64,000 nt of DNA from Muriicola sp. (GCA_041628355.1 JBFKPJ010000001.1:13909-77908); one strand, 5' to 3'; counted from the first letter of the stretch, positions 50,901 through 59,660 are shown. Numbers and translations: made by a program. The notes: generated by a model not told the origin, from the letters alone.

Positions 50901-51336
50901 GTCCGTACAGCTGGCCGTTCACGAGCAAAAGGATCCCCTGTTGATCTACAAGTTCGAAGCTTTTGAGCTCTTCAAGGGCATGATCGAAAAAGTGAACAAG
51001 GACGTGGTTTCCTTCCTCTTTAAAGGGGAACTTCCCTCAGGAAATACGGAAGAGATACAGGAGGCCAGGACCATGAGACGATCCAGGGAATCCCTGAAGA
51101 CCACCAAGGAAGAGATCCCCAACAGCGATGAGCTGGCAGCCCGGAACAGGGCAGCTGGGCAAACCCAGGGCAACAGGCCCCAGATCACTGAGACCATTGT
51201 CAGGGAAAGGCCCAAGATCGGGAGGAATGATAAGGTAAAGATCAGGAACGTCATGTCCGGTGAGAGCAAGACCCTCAAGTACAAGCAGGCGGAACCCCTC
51301 ATCAACAGGGGAGAATGGGTGCTGGTAGAGGATTAA
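47974..51336 (+). CDS. secA: Preprotein translocase ATPase SecA
   Basis: EMQTGEGKT, DEVDSVLIDDARTPLIISG, ATNMAGRGTDI, QLRGRSGRQGDPG. Confidence 0.98.
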   Translation: MSLLNSVLKVFVGDKSKRDVREMQPLVEKINSYGDQFLALTHDELRAKTTHFKSVIAEACASLNEQIEKLKAEVNESTDIDRNEELYAEIDKLEEEAYKVTQDTLDSLLPEAFAVIKETARRFKENETLEVSATENDRILSGSRDYVSLEGDKAIWKNSWDAAGKEVTWDMVHYDVQLIGGIALHQGKVAEMQTGEGKTLVATLPLYLNALPGKGTHLVTVNDYLAKRDSTWMGPIFEFHGLTVDCIDKHRPNSDGRRAAYNADVTYGTNNEFGFDYLRDNMAHTPGDLVQRPHYYAIVDEVDSVLIDDARTPLIISGPVPEGDRHEFNELKPKVVDIVEKQRKHLTAVLAEAKKKIAEGDTKEGGLLLLRVHRGLPKNKALIKYLSEEGIKQLLQKTENFYMQDNNREMPVVDSELLFVIDEKNNQIELTDRGIEYISGDQAKDFFVMPDIGSEIARIENQDLEIEEEAKLKEELFKDFAVKSERIHTMSQLLKAYTLFEKDVEYVVMENKVMIVDEQTGRIMDGRRYSDGLHQAIEAKENVKIEAMTQTFATITLQNYFRMYNKLAGMTGTAVTEAGELWEIYKLDVVEIPTNKPIARDDRNDLIYKTKREKYNAIIEEVSQLSEQGRPVLIGTTSVEISELLSRMLNIRKVPHNVLNAKLHKKEADIVAEAGKAGVVTIATNMAGRGTDIKLSEEVKAAGGLAIIGTERHDSRRVDRQLRGRSGRQGDPGSSQFYVSLEDNLMRLFGSERVAKMMDRMGLEEGEVIQHSMMTKSIERAQKKVEENNFGIRKRLLEYDDVMNAQREVVYKRRRHALEGDRLKVDIANMIYDTCEVISEVNKEANDYKNFEFELIKYFSTTSPITEAEFAKLSYPEISNRIYSEVYDHYREKMERSAAVAYPVIKKVYEDNANSYERIVVPFTDGIKTLNVVTDLKRAYESNGKQLITDFEKNITLAIIDEAWKTHLRKMDELKQSVQLAVHEQKDPLLIYKFEAFELFKGMIEKVNKDVVSFLFKGELPSGNTEEIQEARTMRRSRESLKTTKEEIPNSDELAARNRAAGQTQGNRPQITETIVRERPKIGRNDKVKIRNVMSGESKTLKYKQAEPLINRGEWVLVED

Positions 51337-51356
51337 GACGGGAGCAGAAAGCTAGT

Positions 51357-51388
51357 AAAAGGACAACCCCATGGTTGTCCTTTTTTTT
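51357..51388 (+). terminator. Intrinsic terminator after secA
   Basis: AAAAGGACAACC-CCAT-GGTTGTCCTTTTTTTT. Confidence 0.9.
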
Positions 51389-51518
51389 ATGTGTGGACCA
51401 GATTCACCCAACTTTAGGAGCAGGCAGTGTTGATTATCTACCAAAACATAAGTAGCTTTACATCAGAGGACATTGAGAATCCACCAGAAAGATATCGGGA
51501 TCCGACAAATTCAGAACT

Positions 51519-52736
51519 ATGAAAAAGAACAACATCGACCAGGAAAGGTTCAGGGACAAAGAGAAACTGCTAATTAAGGCGACCAACTATACCTCCGTGC
51601 TCTGCCTTGCCTTTTTCCTGATCTGTTTCTTCCTGCTGGACATCACCTCCCTCCTTTCCTATATCTTTCTGTTTTACGCCCTGCTGAGTCTGGCTAATAC
51701 CTATGCCTACCGCACTCACAGAAATTTATCCCTGACGTATAATGTCGCTTCCATCGCCAGCCTGGTCTCCACCCTGATGGTGGTGTTGATAAGCGGGGGG
51801 ATAATGAGCCCTTTTATCTTCACCCTCAGCCTGCTGGTCCTGGCCGGCTATGCTACTACAAGGTACTACGGGAAGACCTATCTCTTTCTCATCTGTACCC
51901 TGATCGTCCTGCTATTCCTGCAAAACAGGTTTCTCCCCTGGGATATCACCAATGAGGTGCCAGTTGAAGTCAGGGATATTTTCGCCCTCCTGAGCGTTTT
52001 ATTCACGGTTTACCTCCTTGGCGGGATCTTCGGCAAGGACCTGATGATCGTCCACCACAAGCTCTACAAATCCAAAAGGGATTTGCAGGCCCGCAGCGAT
52101 GAGAAGGATACGTTGCTCAAAGAGGTACACCACAGGGTGAAGAACAACTTGCAAACGGTTTCCAGTCTGCTAAGCCTTCAGGGCAGGAGCCTCACGGATC
52201 CCCGGATCAAAGGGATCCTCAAAAGCAGTCAGAACCGCGTTATCTGCATGGCCATGGTCCATGAGATGCTCTACATGAGGGAAGACCTGTCTAAAATTCA
52301 GTACCGTACCTATGTGCGGGAGTTGAGTGAATACCTGGTTAAGTCTCTGAAGGGTGTGAACAACAAAGTGACCCTGAACATCGACATTCCCGATATCGAA
52401 CTGGGAATAGATACGGCCATCCCTCTGGGGCTCCTCATCAATGAGGCCATTACCAACTCCCTTAAATACGGGATCAAGGATGACCGCGAAGGGGAGATCC
52501 ACATTGCCATAGAACAGCAAGACGAACAAAGCTATGTGCTGGAGATCGGTGACAATGGTGCCGGTTATTCCGATTCAGCCAATCTGAAGAACAGCGGTTC
52601 CCTGGGACTCAAACTGATCCACAACCTGGCGAGGCAGCTCAAAGGTACGATCACCCGTGACCCCTCCAAAAAAGGCACCAACTACATCGTCAAATTCAGG
52701 GAAATAGAACCCCAGCCCTTCCCCTCTGTAGCATAG
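51519..52736 (+). CDS. Membrane sensor histidine kinase (HisKA_2 type)
   Basis: N-terminal TM bundle, EVHHRVKNNLQ H-box, NEAITNSLKYG, DNGAG, SLGLKLI. Confidence 0.92.
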   Translation: MKKNNIDQERFRDKEKLLIKATNYTSVLCLAFFLICFFLLDITSLLSYIFLFYALLSLANTYAYRTHRNLSLTYNVASIASLVSTLMVVLISGGIMSPFIFTLSLLVLAGYATTRYYGKTYLFLICTLIVLLFLQNRFLPWDITNEVPVEVRDIFALLSVLFTVYLLGGIFGKDLMIVHHKLYKSKRDLQARSDEKDTLLKEVHHRVKNNLQTVSSLLSLQGRSLTDPRIKGILKSSQNRVICMAMVHEMLYMREDLSKIQYRTYVRELSEYLVKSLKGVNNKVTLNIDIPDIELGIDTAIPLGLLINEAITNSLKYGIKDDREGEIHIAIEQQDEQSYVLEIGDNGAGYSDSANLKNSGSLGLKLIHNLARQLKGTITRDPSKKGTNYIVKFREIEPQPFPSVA

Positions 52737-52835
52737 GTCAGACACCCTCTAAATACACTGGGACCAGAGAGGGAACATTACTCGCCGCCTCTTTGGTTTT
52801 ATCCCTATATTTAAGGGCTAACTAATTTAAGACCT

Positions 52836-55352
52836 ATGCGCAAGCTCTTCATTCTGGCCATTCTGTGCCTGAACTATCACCTTTCTGCCCAGGATTACTT
52901 TCTGGAAAAATACAAGCCATTTATAAAAGAGGTCCCTTCCCCTGAAGAATTCCTGGGATACGGCATTGGGGAACGCCACACGAGACACGACCTGATCGTC
53001 GCCTATTTCAAAAAATTGGCAGAGGTCTCAGACAGGGCCAGTTATGCCGAATACGGGCGCACGCATGAGGGCAGGATCCTGGGAATGCTCACGCTGAGTA
53101 CCCCGGAGAACCTCTCTGACCTGCCGACCCTCAAGGAGAAACACCTGGCTTTTACGGATCCGGGAAAGAATGTCTCGAATTACGACGAGGTCCCGGTCTT
53201 TATCAACCTCGCTTACAACGTGCACGGAAACGAACCTTCCAGCTCAGAAGCAGCTCTGCTGGCCGCCTATACTTTTGCGGCATCGGAATCTGATGAGATC
53301 CTGAAATACCTCCGGAATGCAGTGATCTTTATCGATCCCACCATTAACCCCGACGGCCGGGACAGGCATACCCAATGGGCCAACAGTTACCAGGGGAGTC
53401 CGCTCGTGGCCGATCCTCAGGACGCAGAACACGACGAATACTGGCCCGGGGGCAGGACGAACCATTACTGGTTCGACCTCAACCGGGACTGGCTCCTTGG
53501 GATCAATCCGGAAAGCCGCGGGAAACTGAACTGGTACCACCAATGGTACCCTAACGTGGTCACTGATTTTCACGAAATGGGCAGCCAGAGCACCTACTTT
53601 TTTGAGCCGATGAAAGCCAACGGTTCCCTGGATCCTATCATGCCCAGGGAAAACTATGTGGACCTCAACAACCTCTTCGGAAATTATTACGCAAAAGCTC
53701 TGGACAGCATCGGTTCCCTGTATTTTACCAAGGAGGTATTCGATGGCACCTACCCGGGCTACGGGTCCTCCTATCCTGATCTGCAGGGCGGGCTCGGGCT
53801 GTTGTTTGAGCAGGCGAGTTCAAGGGGGCACAAGCAGACCACCGCTTTTGGGGAGATCACCTTTCCCTTCACCATCAGGAACCAGTTCACCTCCAGCATT
53901 ACCACAGTGAGGGCAGCCGTTGAGAACAAGGCCTACCTGAGGAAATACCAGCAGGATTTCTTTAAATCAGCCCTCTCCAGGGCGGCAGCTTCCCGGATCA
54001 AGGGGTATTCCTTCAGTGACGCTTTTGACCAGAACCGTGTGAAGGCCTTTGTAGACAAACTCCTTTTACACCGGGTCCAGGTCTATAAAAACAGGGACGG
54101 GTCCTTCTTTGTTCCCACCAGACAACCCCAATACCGGATGGTCCAAACGGTTTTCGAGACCTACACACGCTACCGGGACAGTGTATTCTACGATGCATCT
54201 GCTTGGTCCCTGGCCAATTTTTACAACATCAGTTACAACGAGATGAACAGGGAAGTCAGCGGCACCCCCGTGACCACCCTGGAAGACCTTGTCAGGGTGG
54301 CACCCGTAGAGCGAACCAATTATGCATACCTGATCGACTGGGACGATTACAACGCCCCGGCAGCCCTGCATTATCTGCAGACGAAAGGACTGGTACTCTC
54401 GTCCTCCTTCCGCACTTTCACCTCGAGGACCAACCTGGGGGATAAAACCTTTCACTACGGTACCCTGCTGCTCCCGGTAAAGCTTCAGAAAAAAGATGCC
54501 GGGGAGGTCTTCAGCCTCCTGCAGGAAGCCCAGAATAAATTCCAGGTGCCCATCTATTCTGTACAAACCGGTCTCAACCTTTCAGGAGTGGACCTTGGCA
54601 GCCGGTTTGTGGAACCCGTTGAGCCCCCTAAGGCAGCGATGATCATAGGGGAGGGAGTGCGTTCCTATGAAGCCGGAGAAATATGGCATCTGCTCGATAC
54701 ACGCGTACATATGCCTATTACCAAGATACCTGTAAGGAGCCTTAGGAGAGCGGATCTCGACAAGTACAACACCCTGGTCATGGTATCGGGGTCCTACTCC
54801 TTTGACGACAAACTTCTGGGCAAGATCAAAGCCTGGGCAGAAAAGGGGAACACCCTGATCACCATAGGATCAGCTTCCAAATGGGCTATAGACAAAAAAC
54901 TGGTCACCGAAAAGCTGATCGAAGAAAAGAAAGACTCCTCTGCTGTCACCGAGAGAAAACCCTATGCGGATGCAGGTGACAACCTGGGTAAGGAGAGCGT
55001 GGGCGGGATCATCGCAGAAGCCGAGCTGGACCTCACCCATCCCCTCGCTTTCGGGTACAGGAAGGAACGTATCCCCGTATACAAGAACAACACGGTTTGG
55101 CTGGCGCCGAGTACTAATGAATATGCTACTGTCTCCAAATACACCCAGAATCCGGTGATCGACGGATTTATCACGGAGAAGAACCGGGACGAGTTTCTCA
55201 AGAAAGCCGCTTCCCTTATCGTGAGCCCCCTGGGCAGCGGAAGGGTGGTCATGTTCGCCGATAATCCCAATTTCAGGGGATCCTGGTATGGGACCAACCG
55301 ACTTTTCCTCAATGCTTTATTCCTTGGAAATCACATAAACGTACCTAAATAA
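52836..55352 (+). CDS. Secreted M14 zinc carboxypeptidase (paralog of 13076-15532)
   Basis: VHGNE, NPDGRD, DLNRDW, DFHEM. Confidence 0.9.
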   Translation: MRKLFILAILCLNYHLSAQDYFLEKYKPFIKEVPSPEEFLGYGIGERHTRHDLIVAYFKKLAEVSDRASYAEYGRTHEGRILGMLTLSTPENLSDLPTLKEKHLAFTDPGKNVSNYDEVPVFINLAYNVHGNEPSSSEAALLAAYTFAASESDEILKYLRNAVIFIDPTINPDGRDRHTQWANSYQGSPLVADPQDAEHDEYWPGGRTNHYWFDLNRDWLLGINPESRGKLNWYHQWYPNVVTDFHEMGSQSTYFFEPMKANGSLDPIMPRENYVDLNNLFGNYYAKALDSIGSLYFTKEVFDGTYPGYGSSYPDLQGGLGLLFEQASSRGHKQTTAFGEITFPFTIRNQFTSSITTVRAAVENKAYLRKYQQDFFKSALSRAAASRIKGYSFSDAFDQNRVKAFVDKLLLHRVQVYKNRDGSFFVPTRQPQYRMVQTVFETYTRYRDSVFYDASAWSLANFYNISYNEMNREVSGTPVTTLEDLVRVAPVERTNYAYLIDWDDYNAPAALHYLQTKGLVLSSSFRTFTSRTNLGDKTFHYGTLLLPVKLQKKDAGEVFSLLQEAQNKFQVPIYSVQTGLNLSGVDLGSRFVEPVEPPKAAMIIGEGVRSYEAGEIWHLLDTRVHMPITKIPVRSLRRADLDKYNTLVMVSGSYSFDDKLLGKIKAWAEKGNTLITIGSASKWAIDKKLVTEKLIEEKKDSSAVTERKPYADAGDNLGKESVGGIIAEAELDLTHPLAFGYRKERIPVYKNNTVWLAPSTNEYATVSKYTQNPVIDGFITEKNRDEFLKKAASLIVSPLGSGRVVMFADNPNFRGSWYGTNRLFLNALFLGNHINVPK

Positions 55353-55357
55353 GAACA

Positions 55358-56920
55358 ATGAAAACCTTTTATCTCACACTTGCCGGGCTGCTGCTCGGCT
55401 CTTTGACCTTTGCCCAGTCTCCCGGAGGAGACGGACCATTTTCCCAGCTGATCATCAGGGGCGTGACCCTGATCAACGGTAACGGGGCGCCTCCCATCGG
55501 GCCGGTGGATATCGTGGTGGAGAACAATATCATAAGGGAAATTGATGTGGTCGGGTATCCCGGGGTGGAGATCGATCCGTCCCGCAGGCCAAAACTGGCC
55601 CCGGGAGGAAAAGAACTCGATTGTACAGGGATGTACCTACTGCCGGGCTTCGTGGACATGCACGGCCACATAGGCGGAAGGGCGCAGGGTGCAGAACCCG
55701 ACTATGTCTTCAAGCTTTGGATGGCCCATGGGATCACCACGGTCCGGGAGCCCAGTGGCAGGGGGGTCGATTTTGCGATGGACCTGAAACGGAAAAGTGC
55801 CAGAAATGAGATCATCGCCCCGAGGATCTTTGTCTACACCGGGTTCGGGCAGGGCAGTAAGGAAGAGATCAGCACGCCCGAAATGGCCAGGGCCTGGGTC
55901 AGGAGCAATGCCCAGAAAGGAGCTGATGGGATCAAATTCTTCGGGGCACCCCCGGAGATCATGAGTGCAGCCCTGGATGAGAATAAAAAGCTGGGGCTGC
56001 GGTCTGCCTGCCACCACGCCCAGATGGATGTGGCCCGTTGGAACGTCCTGCAATCGGCCCGGGCCGGACTCACCTCCATGGAACACTGGTACGGCCTGCC
56101 GGAAGCTCTTTTCAAAGACAGGACCGTTCAGGACTATCCCCTGGATTACAACTACAACAACGAACAGCACCGTTTTGAGGAGGCCGGCAAATTATGGCAA
56201 CAGGCAGCTCCTCCCTATTCGGAGCACTGGAACGAGGTCATGGATGAATTGCTTGAACTCGACTTTACACTGGATCCCACCTTTAACATATACGAAGCGA
56301 GCAGGGATCTGCACAGGGCGAGGAGGGCCGAATGGCACGAGGACTACACCCTTCCTTCCCTCTGGGAATTCTACCAGCCCAGCAAGATCTCACACGGATC
56401 CTACTGGCATTACTGGGGTACGGAACAGGAAGTGGCCTGGAAAAAGAACTACACCCTCTGGATGACTTTCGTGAATGAGTACAAGAACAGGGGGGGAAGG
56501 GTAACCACCGGGTCGGATTCCGGGTTTATCTTCCAGCTCTACGGATTTGCTTATGTCAGGGAACTCGAATTGCTGCGGGAAGCGGGCTTCCATCCGCTGG
56601 AGGTCATCCGCAGCGCAACCCTCAACGGGGCCGAGGCCCTGGGGGTGAGTGACAAAATAGGCACGGTGACCGTGGGCAAGCTGGCCGATTTCGTGATCCT
56701 CGGGGAGAATCCCCTTGAAAATCTCAAGGTATTATACGGAACCGGAGCCATCAAACTCACCGAAGACAACGAGGTGGTCCGGGTGGGAGGCGTCCGCTAT
56801 ACGGTAAAAGACGGCATCATTTACGATGCGAAAGCACTCTTACAGGACGTAAAACGGATGGTTGATGAGAAAAAAAGAGAAGATAACTACAAAATACGGC
56901 AACCGGGAATAAAAGGATAA
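55358..56920 (+). CDS. Secreted amidohydrolase family protein
   Basis: PGFVDMHGH (HxH), TGSD, ATLNGAEALG, GTVTVGKLADFVI. Confidence 0.9.
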   Translation: MKTFYLTLAGLLLGSLTFAQSPGGDGPFSQLIIRGVTLINGNGAPPIGPVDIVVENNIIREIDVVGYPGVEIDPSRRPKLAPGGKELDCTGMYLLPGFVDMHGHIGGRAQGAEPDYVFKLWMAHGITTVREPSGRGVDFAMDLKRKSARNEIIAPRIFVYTGFGQGSKEEISTPEMARAWVRSNAQKGADGIKFFGAPPEIMSAALDENKKLGLRSACHHAQMDVARWNVLQSARAGLTSMEHWYGLPEALFKDRTVQDYPLDYNYNNEQHRFEEAGKLWQQAAPPYSEHWNEVMDELLELDFTLDPTFNIYEASRDLHRARRAEWHEDYTLPSLWEFYQPSKISHGSYWHYWGTEQEVAWKKNYTLWMTFVNEYKNRGGRVTTGSDSGFIFQLYGFAYVRELELLREAGFHPLEVIRSATLNGAEALGVSDKIGTVTVGKLADFVILGENPLENLKVLYGTGAIKLTEDNEVVRVGGVRYTVKDGIIYDAKALLQDVKRMVDEKKREDNYKIRQPGIKG

Positions 56921-56941
56921 ACAGGGTCATGATGTTCACTA

Positions 56942-57196
56942 TTAAACGGTTAGGTTTTTCTTTTTTGTCCTGAACGAAAGTTCCGCTTTGATCCGGGCAT
57001 TTTTGAACCGGTACAGACGGGCTACTTTCTGATCATTAGCTTTTTCACCCTGTCTCTTAAGTACAGGAAGAACAGGCCTACCATCCAGAACAAGATCCAT
57101 TTGATGATATTCAGTTTCAGCATGGCTTCGGGCATTTTGTGCAAGGGTTCCTGCGCTTATCAGTACTACCAGGCATAGGGTTAAAATTGCTTTCAC
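56942..57196 (-). CDS. Small secreted hypothetical protein
   Basis: GTG start, signal peptide, basic C-terminal ARLYRFKNARIKAELSFRTK. Confidence 0.7.
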   Translation of the reverse strand: MKAILTLCLVVLISAGTLAQNARSHAETEYHQMDLVLDGRPVLPVLKRQGEKANDQKVARLYRFKNARIKAELSFRTKKKNLTV

Positions 57197-57527
57197 GATT
57201 TGGGTGTTTCGTCTAATTAAAATAACACCGTATTGCCCGAATGAATGGTCGTATATCGCTGAAGGTCAGCTAATTTTCGGCAACTGAAAAAATCCCGGAC
57301 CAATGGTTGGATTTTCCGGATGACCGTATTCAACACCCTGTACAGCTGAGCCCGTTTTTTGGCCTTTTATCGTAGATTTTATGAAGAGATCCGCGAGCCA
57401 GCAATCACGTGCGCGGCAAATTCATTTTAATCCATTAGTGTAAATCCACTCATTTTTTAAGAATCTTACCGCGTTCAATTTTGTATCTTTATTAGGCTTG
57501 AACTTACAGACCCGGCGTCGTATTTTT

Positions 57528-57659
57528 ATGGATGGTGCCTCAAGGGAGAGATCACAGCTGAACGATTATGTGAAATCCTCCGCGGGATTGAGCCAGGAAA
57601 TCAAAGTAGAGGTCATTTTGTGGCGGATGCTGTTCAGAAAATTATGCCTCATGAAATGA
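57528..57659 (+). CDS. Possible 43-aa upstream/leader ORF (not in ORF track)
   Basis: MDGASRERSQLNDYVKSSAGLSQEIKVEVILWRMLFRKLCLMK*, downstream of a TATCTTTA -7-like element at about 57484-57491. Confidence 0.35.
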   Translation: MDGASRERSQLNDYVKSSAGLSQEIKVEVILWRMLFRKLCLMK

Positions 57660-57751
57660 ATTTCTCGGCTATCCGTGAGTAGCAGGTGCGCTCATCTGGA
57701 GAATTGACAAGGCTGCATTAATTTGCGTTTAGATCAAAAAAATTACATGTG

Positions 57752-59065
57752 ATGAAAAAGAAATTCTTAGAAAAAATGAAGCAAGGCAGGACCCGGTCCG
57801 TATGGCTGGGGTTCTGTATAATCGCGATGGTATCTATTACTCCTACCGGGGCACTGGCTTTCCAGGACACCGGAACTCAGGAGCCCGGATACGTTTCTTA
57901 CAAAGGGGAAGTGGTAGACAGTGAAACGAACAGACCACTCATCTTTGCCTCCCTCACGGTTTCCGGTTCCAACATCAGTACGGTGACCAATACGGAAGGG
58001 GCATTTCTGCTCAAGGTACCCGAAGAGGCAAACGGCACTTCTGTGGAAGTGAGTTTTTTGGGGTACAGGTCGCGAACCGTTCCCTTATCCACTCTTTCTG
58101 CCGAGGGCAACACCATCGCCCTGGATGTACTGGTGACTGAACTGCCGGAGGTCAATGTATCGGTACCCAAGGATGCGGTTACCCTCGTCAAAGAAACACT
58201 GAGGAGGAAGGGCGAAAACTACGTGAATGACCCCAGTGTAATGACCGCCTTTTACAGGGAAACCATCAAGAGGAGGCGGAGGAATGTGTCCCTTTCGGAA
58301 GCGGTGGTCTCCATTTTTAAAACGCCTTATACCTCCCCGAGAAGAGATGCCGTACAGATGTATAAGTCGCGTAAAAGTACTGACTACAGCAAGCTCGATA
58401 CCCTGGTGCTCAAGCTGCAGGGCGGGCCTTTCAACGCCTTGTATGTGGATGTGATGAAATATCCGGAATACATCTTCGGGGAGGAAAGCATCGATAATTA
58501 CAATTTTCGGTTTGACAGGTCGACACGGATCAACGACCGCCTGATCTATGTCATCAGCTTCGATCAGCGGGAGGACGTCCTCGAACCGCTGTACAGGGGT
58601 GAATTGTACATCGATGTGGAGAAAAAGGTGCTGACCAGCGCCATCTATTCCCTCAACATTACAGACCGGGAAATGGCCAGCAGGCTGTTTGTCCGCAAAA
58701 AACCCTGGAATGCAAAGGTGTACCCCGAAGAAGTGGCTTACAGGGTGGATTATCGCGAAAAGGACGGCAGATGGTATTATGGATATAGCAATGCCGTATT
58801 GGAATTCAAGATCAACTGGGACAAAAAGCTTTTCAACTCAGTCTACAGTATGACCTGTGAAATGGCTGTCACGGATTGGGAACAGAATCCGGAACTTTCA
58901 GAACCACGGTTCAGAGACCGCCTCAAATCGACAATGATCCTCAGTGATGAAGCATCAGGGTTCTCTGATCCCGACTTCTGGGGGGAGTACAATATCATAG
59001 AACCGGAAAAGTCTATAGAATCCGCCATAAGGAAGATCCAGCGGCAACTGAAAAGGCAGGGCTAA
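57752..59065 (+). CDS. Carboxypeptidase-like regulatory domain (CarboxypepD_reg) secreted protein
   Basis: Signal peptide; GEVVDSETNRPLIFASL...TVTNTEGAF...SFLGY; AFYRE; DPDFWGEYNII. Confidence 0.85.
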   Translation: MKKKFLEKMKQGRTRSVWLGFCIIAMVSITPTGALAFQDTGTQEPGYVSYKGEVVDSETNRPLIFASLTVSGSNISTVTNTEGAFLLKVPEEANGTSVEVSFLGYRSRTVPLSTLSAEGNTIALDVLVTELPEVNVSVPKDAVTLVKETLRRKGENYVNDPSVMTAFYRETIKRRRRNVSLSEAVVSIFKTPYTSPRRDAVQMYKSRKSTDYSKLDTLVLKLQGGPFNALYVDVMKYPEYIFGEESIDNYNFRFDRSTRINDRLIYVISFDQREDVLEPLYRGELYIDVEKKVLTSAIYSLNITDREMASRLFVRKKPWNAKVYPEEVAYRVDYREKDGRWYYGYSNAVLEFKINWDKKLFNSVYSMTCEMAVTDWEQNPELSEPRFRDRLKSTMILSDEASGFSDPDFWGEYNIIEPEKSIESAIRKIQRQLKRQG

Positions 59066-59091
59066 CTGCTGGCACCAGGAAATGCACGATC

Positions 59092-59125
59092 AATCCGGCC
59101 TCAGCTGAGGCCGGATTCCTTTTTT
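59092..59125 (+). terminator. Intrinsic terminator
   Basis: AATCCGGCCTCAGCTGAGGCCGGATT inverted repeat followed by CCTTTTTT. Confidence 0.85.
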
Positions 59126-59160
59126 ATATACCTGTAAATAAGCGCTGGACGAGCTGAAAC

Positions 59161-59184
59161 ACTTATGAACAATTGTTCATAAGT
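59161..59184. repeat. Perfect 24-bp palindrome (possible operator)
   Basis: ACTTATGAACAATTGTTCATAAGT equals its own reverse complement. Confidence 0.85.
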
Positions 59185-59222
59185 CAGGTTTATAAGTTGT
59201 TGATTTATAATTCTTTACATTA

Positions 59223-59253
59223 TTTGCATAATCCGATCTTTAGACTATATTTG
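59223..59253 (+). promoter_or_regulatory. Consensus Bacteroidetes housekeeping promoter driving a non-coding unit
   Basis: TTTG (59223-59226), 19-nt spacer, TATATTTG (59246-59253). Confidence 0.8.
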
Positions 59254-59256
59254 AAT

Positions 59257-59660
59257 GTGGTTATGAGGGAGAGGCCTCGAGTCTCAGACCAACAACCGCT
59301 ATAGAGTTGACGTTCTTTATATTGTTGCAATGGGCATTTTCACGACTGGGGACTTCGGTCTTCGGGAAAGAAAAACATACCGGCTGAAAGGGACTTCGGT
59401 CTCCGGACACCGGAAAAGTATGACTTACCCCCATACGCAACCTCAGGGTTAAGTATGAAACGAGATCATACGGAAGCAACGAGAAGAAACACATTTCGGA
59501 TCCCAGTTGAAAAATTGAGAACGATGGTGTTTCAAACGTCGAAGCGACTCTGCGAACGACCCCCGGGTCGGAATCTGGAACGAAAGGACCGGAATGATGC
59601 AAGTCGTTTCTAGAAAGCCATATCAATGTACCTGTTACAGTGATATGGCTTTTGTTTTTT
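59257..59660 (+). ncRNA. Candidate large structured ncRNA (~400 nt), family not recognised
   Basis: Own promoter and terminator, no credible ORF, nested long-range helices, two cUUCGg hairpins, a GAAA-capped hairpin, repeated CAUAC/GUAUG stems. Confidence 0.65.

Noticed and set aside
13076-55352. Two M14 carboxypeptidase paralogs as a recent duplication
   Set aside because: Similarity is limited to protein motifs with clearly diverged sequence elsewhere, consistent with an old paralogy common in Flavobacteriaceae.
12937-57308. GACCAATGGTT shared by two divergent intergenic regions (12937-12947 and 57298-57308)
   Set aside because: A single 11-mer match among several kb of intergenic DNA is expected by chance, with no consistent position relative to promoters.
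59261-59626. 121-aa minus-strand ORF across the candidate ncRNA
   Set aside because: Ser/Pro/Phe-rich with no family motif and no minus-strand promoter; promoter, terminator and tetraloops all point to the + strand.
59257-59660. Identification as tmRNA, RNase P RNA, SRP RNA, group I/II intron or retron msr-msd
   Set aside because: No tRNA-like acceptor/T-arm ends on either strand, no GAGGAAAGUCC, no SRP GGAA/GCAGC core, no domain V/VI, no interrupted host gene and no reverse transcriptase nearby.
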